DNA of 64,000 bases, from assembly GCA_964607485.1 (NCBI GenBank), contig CAZSKP010000025.1:1-64000 (forward strand), in the 5' to 3' direction. Position numbers and translations under genes: made by a program. The stretch comes from an uncultured bacterium. GTDB taxonomy: Bacteria > Abyssobacteria > SURF-5. Positions within the stretch are counted from its first letter, which is position 1; each line of letters opens with the position of its first letter. Positions 38,694 to 46,997 of the stretch are shown here, piece after piece. A model generated the notes under the pieces. It searched no databases. It was not told the origin of the DNA and saw nothing but the letters and a program-made list of their open reading frames with translations.

Positions 38694-39173
38694 TCACCAC
38701 AAGTCATCCCAGTCCTTGTGACGTGTGAACCGGAGCAGAAGCAAGTCGTTTAGCACGCGCAGTCCCGTATGCGCAAATAGAACTCCACTGCCAAAAATGA
38801 GTGCGGTAAGCATGCCGACAGTAAACGATAGAACTACCTCGATCCTAGTGGAGTTGGCAAAGGAGGGAAGCTTGAGCAAGGCAAATATGAAATATTTCAG
38901 AATTGACGCAATCAACACTAGAATTGCGCCATGAAGGAGGCGTTCTCCCGCAAACGTGATGCGATCTTTCAGCTCGTCAGATTCGACAACCCGAGCAAAA
39001 GAAAATGATAGCGCAGCTAAGGTCGCCATAATGGCGAATCCTGCATTAGTGACGCTTGTTGTGTCTTGACGATAATTAAAGGCGATTTGCGCGGTGTACA
39101 AGAAGCCAAGAATCCCAACTAGAACCACGGGAGCTCTATACACAAACTGGACAATACGGGGTTGTTGAATCAC
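38694..39173 (-). CDS. Hypothetical membrane protein (about 4 TM), low GC
   Basis: Hydrophobic helices; GGAGG RBS before GTG. Confidence 0.7.
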   Translation of the reverse strand: MIQQPRIVQFVYRAPVVLVGILGFLYTAQIAFNYRQDTTSVTNAGFAIMATLAALSFSFARVVESDELKDRITFAGERLLHGAILVLIASILKYFIFALLKLPSFANSTRIEVVLSFTVGMLTALIFGSGVLFAHTGLRVLNDLLLLRFTRHKDWDDLW

Positions 39174-39227
39174 GCATCCCTCCCAAATCGTACTTACTGC
39201 CTATTCATCACTTGCTCCCGCTAAACG

Positions 39228-39386
39228 TTAACCGACCCCTCTTTTCCTTGAATCTTTCCCCCCAGCCACCCTGTCCCCAGAATCTTTGTCGGCTGGTTCT
39301 TTTTTCTTCAGCTCGTAACGCTTGATTCGCCGGTTGAATTCGTAGAGGTCGCTGAGCTGTTTGAGTACTCTATCGATCTTCTTCAT
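39228..39386 (-). CDS. Small basic protein (52 aa) coupled to the nucleotidyltransferase
   Basis: Below the ORF track cutoff: MKKIDRVLKQLSDLYEFNRRIKRYELKKKEPADK...; ATG lies within the end of the upstream gene. Confidence 0.5.
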   Translation of the reverse strand: MKKIDRVLKQLSDLYEFNRRIKRYELKKKEPADKDSGDRVAGGKDSRKRGVG

Positions 39387-39828
39387 CTTCAAGCTTCTCT
39401 ATGTCTGCCCGGTCCTGCTTCGAATCTCGCATTTTCTTGAGCCATATCAGGTCTTTCCTGCTCGCTATTCTAACCTTTCCTTCCTCCGATTCGGCTTCAA
39501 CGGAGTCGCTGATTATTCTCCTGACCTCATCGGTTTTGGCGACGAGGATGTCGATAAGCATTTCGTCTTCACTGCGCACCTTCAAAAAACGATGAAGCTC
39601 TATGGACGTCTCGCTGAATTTCCACGGGGAAATCGATTCGAAATATCCATCCTTCTCCAAGATGCCTTTGGTTTTCTCATAGTCTTCAGAATGAATCAAG
39701 AGATCGATGTCCCTCGTGAAGCGTGGTTCAGCGTAAAATGCCATCGCCACTCCTCCGACAAGGGCATAGCGCACCTCACTTTTCTCCAATTCCTTAATCA
39801 GGCGGGTGAATTCTTCAAATACGTTCAT
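39370..39828 (-). CDS. Nucleotidyltransferase-fold protein (DUF6036/AbiEii-like)
   Basis: 'YALVGGVAM..PRFTRDIDLL', 'LIWLKK..KQDRADIE'; GAGG RBS. Confidence 0.8.
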   Translation of the reverse strand: MNVFEEFTRLIKELEKSEVRYALVGGVAMAFYAEPRFTRDIDLLIHSEDYEKTKGILEKDGYFESISPWKFSETSIELHRFLKVRSEDEMLIDILVAKTDEVRRIISDSVEAESEEGKVRIASRKDLIWLKKMRDSKQDRADIEKLEDEEDR

Positions 39829-40139
39829 TTCACCTCTTCTCAACTTAAAGCCGGAAGGCGCGGCCCCTTACCTTCACTGAAAATACCACACCCACCATGT
39901 AAAGTCAATTGTTCCAGCGGTCTTATGAGATTTTCGCGGAGTCGAGAAGACGCTGAGATATGCCTGAGCATTTATCTTTCTGGACATTGTGGCGTTCACT
40001 CCTCAGGTGTCGGGTCTTTGAATTGAATTCATCAATCGCGGGGATATCTCAGCGTTCTACAGAGGGTCAGTATGTTAAGCTGTAATATCTTAATTATGAG
40101 TATATTATGACTAATGATTTTGGCTCCATCTCTCTCCTC

Positions 40140-40186
40140 TTGACAAATCTTATTCAATGTGATAGGATTTAAGTGAATCTGATTCA
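40140..40186 (+). promoter_or_regulatory. sigma70 promoter with downstream operator palindrome
   Basis: TTGACA-N17-TAGGAT with extended TGn; TGAATC-T-GATTCA at 40174-40186. Confidence 0.7.
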
Positions 40187-40227
40187 GATAACGGCAAGTG
40201 TCGAGGAAAGACAAGGTAAAAGGACTG

Positions 40228-40908
40228 ATGACGACGATGGGCGTCAGGGCGAGGACACTCAAGGACAAGCAGCAACGAAGGCGGTTGATTCTGGAGGCCG
40301 CGAAGGAGCTTTTCTTCGACAGGGGCTATCGCGACACTACGATAGAAATGATAACAGAGCGCGCGGGTCTGAGCACCGGCGCGTTCTACCTCTATTTCAA
40401 GAGCAAGCGAGAAATCTACACGACGCTCTATGCCGACGGTATAGACATCTTTCACCGAATGGCCGAGGAAGCGATCTCGTGGCCCGGCATGAAGACCCTC
40501 GCGCGACTGTCCGCCATCGCACAGGCCTACTATCGCTTCTACACCGAGTACACCGCCTATTTCGACATCCTCGCATTCATTCATTTGCATCAAGCCGAGC
40601 TCGTAGAACGGAGCGAGATGGCGTCGATGCTCGACAGCAAGGCGATCGAGCTGCTGAAAATGATAGAGGGCGTGATAAAGGAAGGGGTCGAAAGCGGCGA
40701 GCTTGCCCCGATGGACACATGGAAGGCGACCAACGTCCTGTGGGGCATGATGGACGGGCTCGTCGTGCTCGCCGAGCGGAAGAACGTGATGGTGATGGGA
40801 GTGAGCCTCGAGGATTTGATAAAGCAGGCTCTCGAGATAGTATTCTACGGCATCGTGACGCGGAACGCGTCCGGCCAAAACGGCAGTGAAAGGGAGAACA
40901 TGGCATGA
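40228..40908 (+). CDS. TetR/AcrR family regulator
   Basis: 'ILEAAKELFFDRGYRDTTIEMITERAGLSTGAFYLYFKSK'. Start uncertain (40198, 40228 or 40237). Confidence 0.92.
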   Translation: MTTMGVRARTLKDKQQRRRLILEAAKELFFDRGYRDTTIEMITERAGLSTGAFYLYFKSKREIYTTLYADGIDIFHRMAEEAISWPGMKTLARLSAIAQAYYRFYTEYTAYFDILAFIHLHQAELVERSEMASMLDSKAIELLKMIEGVIKEGVESGELAPMDTWKATNVLWGMMDGLVVLAERKNVMVMGVSLEDLIKQALEIVFYGIVTRNASGQNGSERENMA

Positions 40909-43406
40909 CTTCGACCAGGGCTATCGCGCATGAAAAAAGCAAGGCCGCGTCTGGGCGCTCGAAGTTCATCGAGGCTCTGGAGAAGAGTCTGGACAACGGC
41001 AGCACCGATTTCGTCAAGTTCATCATCGAGAATCAGGGGCCGACTACGGAGCGCAACCGCCGCAGGCGCGAGGCGTTTTTCGACACCACCTTCAGCATCT
41101 GCATAGAACGCGCGCGCTACTTCACTGACAGTTTCAAGCAAACCGAGGGCGAGCCTCGCGTCATGCGGATGGCGAAGGCATTCCGAAATTATCTGGAGAA
41201 TGTCACGCTGGTGCTCGACGACAGCGACCTGTTCGCCGGTTATGCGGGCGGCAAGATGCTGTGCTCGCAGCTCTTCCCCGAGCTCTGCTCCTCCTACCTC
41301 GACGAAGACGCATGGGAGGAAGCGGGGAATTTCAACATCAATCCGGTCCAGATAAGCGAGGAGGAAATCGCCGAGCTCAAGGAAATGGCACCGTACTGGC
41401 GCGGCAAGGCCTTGCAGGATTATTACAATCACATCAAGCCACACAACGACGACCTGCTGCATCAGCGCGGCCTCATCTTCGCCTATAACATGCTCGCCGG
41501 AATCGGCCACGTCATCGTGGACATCGAACGCGGGCTCAAGCGCGGGCTCGGAAGCATCCGCGAGGAGGCTCTTAAGAAGGCCGCGCGGCTGAGAGAACAT
41601 CCCGAAGACGCGCTGACGCCCAAGAAGATAGCGTTTTACAACGCCGCCGCGATCTCGATAGACGGGCTCATCGCATATGCTCACCGCAATGCCGAGCACG
41701 CTGAACGGCTCGCGGAAAACGAGGATGACGAAGAGCGGCGCGCCGAGCTGTTGAGGATCGCCGAAGCATGCAGGTGGGTGCCCGAGCATCCCGCGCGCAA
41801 CTTCTTCGAGGCGCTCCAGTGCACACTACTGCTGCTCGTGGCGAACCAGATGGAATCCTCCGAGATATCCATCTGTCCCGGCAGGATGGACCAGTTCCTT
41901 TACCCCATCTACCGGTTGGATATCGAAGAGGGCGCAACCACGAGGCGGGAGGTCGTCGAGCTTTTTGAAAATTTCCTCATCCGCATCGGCCAGAGCTCGT
42001 GGCTCTACAGCGGACGCCAGCAGGGCACGCTCTTCTACCCAAAGCGGGGCAACCTGGTGACCATCACCCTTAGCGGAAAGGACATGGCCGGCCGCGACAC
42101 GACCAACGAGCTCACCTATCTCATGATGTATGCCCACGCCAACAACCGGCTCGGCCATCCGAGCCTCGCAGTCAGGCTCCACAAGAATTCGCCCAATGCT
42201 CTCCGCGAAGCGTGCGCCCGGCTGATAGGCACCGGCAAGGGCCAGCCCGGCATAATGAACGACGAGGTCATGATCCCTGCCCTCACTCGGCTCGGCTTCG
42301 AGGAAAGAGACGCGTACGAGTATGCCGACATCGGATGCATCGAGATGGGGAGCGCCGGCACGTCCATCGGCCCGTCCAGCATCGGTTTCGTCAACCTCGC
42401 AAAATGCCTCGATCTTGCGCTTCACAACGGCCGCTGCTCCATTTTCGGCGACCTTGTCGGACCCGAGACGGGCGACGCCTGCGCTTTCACGTCCTATGAA
42501 CAACTGGTCGACGCATACGCCCGACAGGTGCGTTTCGCCGTGACCCAGTTCAATCAGTCGGTGTCCGCCATCGAGATGGGGCACGAACTGCTGAGGCCGA
42601 TTCCGTTCATGTCTTCCATTACGGATGACTCGATGGAACGCGGGCTCGACCTGACCGACGGCGGGTCGAAATACTACTTCGCAGGCATCGAGGGAATAGG
42701 TGTCGCCGACGTGGCAGATTCGCTGGCGGCGGTTAAGAAGCTGGTCTTTGATGAAAAGAAGATCACGATGGCCGAACTCGTGGATGCGTTGCGCGGCAAT
42801 TTCGTGGACAACGAGCGGCTGCGGCAGATGCTGCTGAACGCTGCCCCAAAATTCGGGAACGACGACGACTTCGTGGATGAGATCGCGCGCGAAAGCTGCT
42901 CGGTGTTCCTCAAAGAGGTCAAGAAACACAGGGACTACTGGGGAAGCGTTTACTGTCCGGGGATATGGTCGATAGAGCTTGCGATGATTCTGGGAGGCGC
43001 GGTCGGCCCGCTGCCGAGCGGACGGTACGGCTTCGAATCGCTCACCGAGGGAGTCTCACCCTCACGCGGTTGCGACAGGCATGGCCCGACGGCATCCGTG
43101 AAATCGGTCGCCAAGCTCGACCATCACCTGATCGAAAACGGCAGCATTTTCAACATGAAGTTCAGCCCCGACACCTTCAGGAATGAGAACATCGGCAGGT
43201 TCGTCGATGTCATGAAGACCTACTTCGACATCGGCGGATTCCAGATGCAGTTTACCGTTGTCGACAAGAATGCGTTACTGGAAGCGCGCGAACACCCGGA
43301 AAGACACCGCGACCTGGTGGTGAGAGTGGCGGGCTACAGCGCATACTTCGTCGAACAGTCGCCCCGTGTGCAGGAACACATAATCGAGAGAACCGAACAC
43401 TCCTGA
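40905..43406 (+). CDS. Glycyl radical enzyme (PFL/diol dehydratase superfamily), substrate unknown
   Basis: Cys loop 'IGCIE', 'GRMDQFL', 'PKFGNDD', glycyl motif 'RVAGYS'; ATGA overlap with tetR. Confidence 0.93.
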   Translation: MTSTRAIAHEKSKAASGRSKFIEALEKSLDNGSTDFVKFIIENQGPTTERNRRRREAFFDTTFSICIERARYFTDSFKQTEGEPRVMRMAKAFRNYLENVTLVLDDSDLFAGYAGGKMLCSQLFPELCSSYLDEDAWEEAGNFNINPVQISEEEIAELKEMAPYWRGKALQDYYNHIKPHNDDLLHQRGLIFAYNMLAGIGHVIVDIERGLKRGLGSIREEALKKAARLREHPEDALTPKKIAFYNAAAISIDGLIAYAHRNAEHAERLAENEDDEERRAELLRIAEACRWVPEHPARNFFEALQCTLLLLVANQMESSEISICPGRMDQFLYPIYRLDIEEGATTRREVVELFENFLIRIGQSSWLYSGRQQGTLFYPKRGNLVTITLSGKDMAGRDTTNELTYLMMYAHANNRLGHPSLAVRLHKNSPNALREACARLIGTGKGQPGIMNDEVMIPALTRLGFEERDAYEYADIGCIEMGSAGTSIGPSSIGFVNLAKCLDLALHNGRCSIFGDLVGPETGDACAFTSYEQLVDAYARQVRFAVTQFNQSVSAIEMGHELLRPIPFMSSITDDSMERGLDLTDGGSKYYFAGIEGIGVADVADSLAAVKKLVFDEKKITMAELVDALRGNFVDNERLRQMLLNAAPKFGNDDDFVDEIARESCSVFLKEVKKHRDYWGSVYCPGIWSIELAMILGGAVGPLPSGRYGFESLTEGVSPSRGCDRHGPTASVKSVAKLDHHLIENGSIFNMKFSPDTFRNENIGRFVDVMKTYFDIGGFQMQFTVVDKNALLEAREHPERHRDLVVRVAGYSAYFVEQSPRVQEHIIERTEHS

Positions 43407-43425
43407 GAATCCCCTTAAACACATG

Positions 43426-45630
43426 CTAATCGCGGCGGGCGAGCGCTCGGCGCTTAAACAAGTAGAACGCCCCTACCCTCCTGTCAAATTCATAATTGCT
43501 GGATATGTATTCTCCGACAGGGGGCAACAGACGAAAGAAGCTCCGTGCGTCCAAATCCGCCCTGGGCGCGGCATTATAGATTATGAAAGGAGGCTTCTTC
43601 TCGCTCAGGTCTTTCGCGAGTTCCATCTGCTGTTCCTTTAACATGAATTGGGGCCAGATGTATCTGTATCTGGACTTAAACTTTCTGTCGGCCAGAAAGT
43701 TAAACATGCCCGTCGAGGGAGCGCCAAAGAGAAAGTCGTCTTCGTCGGTATTGGCCCGTATGTATCGAACTACTTTTTCAATCTTTGTAAGAAACGCACT
43801 GTTTATATAGATGCCCCCCTTGTCGCCCTCGATCTTCCTGAGAAGACTCTCACATTGTTTGCCCGTCTCTCTCGAAAAGTCTTCGCAGTACTCTACGTTC
43901 GCCTTGTATTGCAGGTGGAAAATGATAAGCGCCCTCCCGACGTATGGCACGAGAAAAGGCAGCGAGGCGGCGACGAGGATTCCCGTCTTCCTCCACCTCG
44001 TCGCGAACTGCGGATTTACCAGTATCCTCCAAGCTCTGCTGTATACAAGATAATATGCGTAACCGAGCAATACAAGCCACGGGAAGATGTTCATCTGGTA
44101 GTGGACCCTGTCGGCGAATATGTAGAGGCTCAGAAAACTGTAAATATTGAAAATGGCCAGCGTCAAGACCGCGAATACTTCCTTCGGATCGCCAAAAGAG
44201 AACAGGTTGCCCCCAGGTTTCTTTGACAAAGCGAAAAGAAGAAAGAGTTCCAGAAGCAAGGGTAGATAGAACATCGAGCCCCCGTTCGGGTCGACCGGGA
44301 AGACCAATCGCCAGATAATGATCAGGGCCCCTAAGGAAACGGCGAAAGTGACCCACAACGTCCTTCGCGACCTGCTAACAACAAGAAGGAAGATGACCAA
44401 CGCGCACATCAAACACAGCGCAAGATAAAACAACACGGCCTCGCCCCGCAACGGCTGAAGCGGGATGGAGAAAGCATACGACCGCCTGAAACCCTGCTGC
44501 GACGGGTCGGTCACGGAAATGATTCTGTAGAATTTTCTCCACCCCATCAAGCTGGAGAAATAGACGAACCACGGGACCACCGAAGCGGCAAAGCCCGCCG
44601 CAAGCGCCGATTCTCTTTTCAACAGAGCCCAGAACAGTTTGCGAAAGTCGCCCGGCTCATTCCGATACACCGCGGTTTTGAGAAGCGACGCCAGTATCAG
44701 CGAATTAACAATGAAGACTGGTACAAGAAACACAAGGAAGGCCTTCGCGTCGAGGGTTCGGTAAGATGTGTGTAACTGTTTCAGAAACACGAGGGGAAAC
44801 ACGACGTAGCCGGGGAGCAACAGTGCGATATCGAAAAGAATGATGAGATACCGGAAATGGGGGAAATTCCCGGAGCCATCGGATTGCGTCTTGCTTCCCC
44901 AATTCTCCATTATCTGAACGCTGACGGCCGTGGCAATTGCAATGGCAACGAGATTGAGCACGCCCACGTGCTGTTTGAAAGAAAAGGTCAAGCCCAGAGC
45001 CACTCCCGTCGCCGCCAGCCACAGGTATTTCCCCTTCGAAGCGCCGAGATATTTCACAAATCCCAGAAGCGCAAGCAGTCCGAAACAGTTTGAGAACCAT
45101 CCGCTGTAAGGGAGGTTCACGGTAAAATTTCCCCATAGCAGCGACACCAGCGCGACTGCCAAGGCGACTGGTTTCGGCATCACTTTTTCGGAGATGCAGA
45201 ACAATGTTGTCGCCGATATGGCTATGAATATGGCGAGAAGCAGCTTGGCCGAAAATATGCTGACTCCAAATATCTTAAAAGCAAACGCATTGAGATAAAA
45301 CGTGGCCGGAGCCCAGTTTTCCCAAAAGTCCCGCAGAGGAACCTCGCCCATGAGGGTCATTTCGTAATTGTACAACTGATGGCCAAGGTCGCTGAAGTTA
45401 AATTTATCAATGAAACCGAGGTCAAACGTTGAAAAGAAAATGCAGACGAAGCTGCTGACAAGGATTACTATCGGAAGGTAAAGCTTTGCCCCCCGTTTAT
45501 CAGAGGTCAAACCTGAATCTCCTCCCAGATCCAGAGGGACTGCCGAATGTTGCTGGAAAAAAACCCGAAAGTCCTGATTGGCAGCCAGAATATCAACCCA
45601 TCTGAGCAAAGTCAACCCCGTTGTTGACAA
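43426..45630 (-). CDS. Polytopic GT-C/ArnT-like membrane protein
   Basis: Many TM helices, 'GEVPLRDFWENWAP', 'FKQHVG'. Start uncertain. Confidence 0.65.
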   Translation of the reverse strand: MSTTGLTLLRWVDILAANQDFRVFFQQHSAVPLDLGGDSGLTSDKRGAKLYLPIVILVSSFVCIFFSTFDLGFIDKFNFSDLGHQLYNYEMTLMGEVPLRDFWENWAPATFYLNAFAFKIFGVSIFSAKLLLAIFIAISATTLFCISEKVMPKPVALAVALVSLLWGNFTVNLPYSGWFSNCFGLLALLGFVKYLGASKGKYLWLAATGVALGLTFSFKQHVGVLNLVAIAIATAVSVQIMENWGSKTQSDGSGNFPHFRYLIILFDIALLLPGYVVFPLVFLKQLHTSYRTLDAKAFLVFLVPVFIVNSLILASLLKTAVYRNEPGDFRKLFWALLKRESALAAGFAASVVPWFVYFSSLMGWRKFYRIISVTDPSQQGFRRSYAFSIPLQPLRGEAVLFYLALCLMCALVIFLLVVSRSRRTLWVTFAVSLGALIIIWRLVFPVDPNGGSMFYLPLLLELFLLFALSKKPGGNLFSFGDPKEVFAVLTLAIFNIYSFLSLYIFADRVHYQMNIFPWLVLLGYAYYLVYSRAWRILVNPQFATRWRKTGILVAASLPFLVPYVGRALIIFHLQYKANVEYCEDFSRETGKQCESLLRKIEGDKGGIYINSAFLTKIEKVVRYIRANTDEDDFLFGAPSTGMFNFLADRKFKSRYRYIWPQFMLKEQQMELAKDLSEKKPPFIIYNAAPRADLDARSFFRLLPPVGEYISSNYEFDRRVGAFYLFKRRALARRD

Positions 45631-45719
45631 CTTTCTCCCGACAACTTATACTTCAGGACGCACAGCCGTGCGCCCGTACTTCGTCATAGATACTAAAGCA
45701 TGTACTCAGGAGGCAAAAC

Positions 45720-46976
45720 ATGGGAGCGGTATTGGACCTTTCGGAAAAACTCTGGACTGGCGAGACGACGACCGACGAGCGCCACCCTTTTGCGGCCCTC
45801 GACGACTTCGATGAGATCGCCGAACGAACCATCTTCTACTATTCGTTCGCCAATGTCACCGCATTTGACACCGATGCCGGACTGGTGCTGGTGGATACGG
45901 GCACATTCTTCAACCAGGAGATTGTTTTCGACGCAATCCGCAGGTGGTCGGCGGCTCGGCTCGATACCGCGATCTTCACCCACGGCCACGTTGACCACGT
46001 GTTCGGCGTGCCTCTCTACGCGAAAGAGGCAATGGGACGCGGCTGGGCGCCGCCGCGCGTCGTTGCGCACGAGGCGGTCGTCCGCCGCTTCGACCGCTAC
46101 ATCATGACGGCGGGCTACAACTCGGTCATCAACCAGCGTCAGTTTGGCCAGCCGGTCGAGTGGCCCACGTCCTACACCTATCCAGACATCACTTACCAGA
46201 AATCCATGACGCTGTCGGTCGGGGGCGTGCGTTTCGAGCTTCATCACGCCCGGGGCGAAACCGACGACCACACGTGGGTATGGGCGCCGGAGCGAAGGGT
46301 GCTCTGCACCGGAGACCTCATCATCTGGGCGGTGCCCAATGCCGGCAATCCGCAGAAAGTACAGCGGTACTGCGCCGAATGGGCGGCGGCCCTGAAGAAG
46401 ATGGCAGGGCTGAACGCGAGAGTCCTGTGCCCCGGCCACGGCGTTGCCGTAGTCGGCGAGGAGCGCGTCCGACAGATGTTACTCGAAACGGCTGAATTCA
46501 TGGAGTCGCTCCACGAGCAGGCCCTCCGGCTCATGAACGAGGGCGCGACGCTGGACACCGTTCTTCATTCCGTCCGGCCTCCCGCGCATCTTGAAGGCCG
46601 ACCGTTTCTCCAGCCGGTGTACGACGAACCGCAGTACATCGTCCGAAACATCTGGCGTCTGTACGGAGGCTGGTATGACGGAAATCCAGCACACCTCAAA
46701 CCTGCGCCGGAGGCGCAGCGGGCGGCGGAGGTAGCGCGGCTTGCGGGAGGTGTCGCCCCTCTTATGGAACGGGCGCGCGCCTTGTTGCAGGAGGGCGACC
46801 TGCGCCTGTCCTGTCACCTCATCGAGTGGGCGGCCATGGCTGCTCCGAAAGACCGCGCCGTGCATGAGCTACGGGCGGAGATTTACGGACGCCGCGCGGA
46901 CGAGGAGCGGGCGTTGATGACGATGAACGTTTTTCGCGCCGCCGAACGCGACTCAAGGACTGAGACGGAAGGCTGA
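45720..46976 (+). CDS. MBL-fold alkyl-sulfatase-like hydrolase
   Basis: 'THGHVDH', 'GETDDH', 'PNAGNPQKVQRY', 'PGHG', 'YGGWYDGNP'. Confidence 0.88.
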   Translation: MGAVLDLSEKLWTGETTTDERHPFAALDDFDEIAERTIFYYSFANVTAFDTDAGLVLVDTGTFFNQEIVFDAIRRWSAARLDTAIFTHGHVDHVFGVPLYAKEAMGRGWAPPRVVAHEAVVRRFDRYIMTAGYNSVINQRQFGQPVEWPTSYTYPDITYQKSMTLSVGGVRFELHHARGETDDHTWVWAPERRVLCTGDLIIWAVPNAGNPQKVQRYCAEWAAALKKMAGLNARVLCPGHGVAVVGEERVRQMLLETAEFMESLHEQALRLMNEGATLDTVLHSVRPPAHLEGRPFLQPVYDEPQYIVRNIWRLYGGWYDGNPAHLKPAPEAQRAAEVARLAGGVAPLMERARALLQEGDLRLSCHLIEWAAMAAPKDRAVHELRAEIYGRRADEERALMTMNVFRAAERDSRTETEG

Positions 46977-46997
46977 ACCTCGGGCTCCGTCACAACT

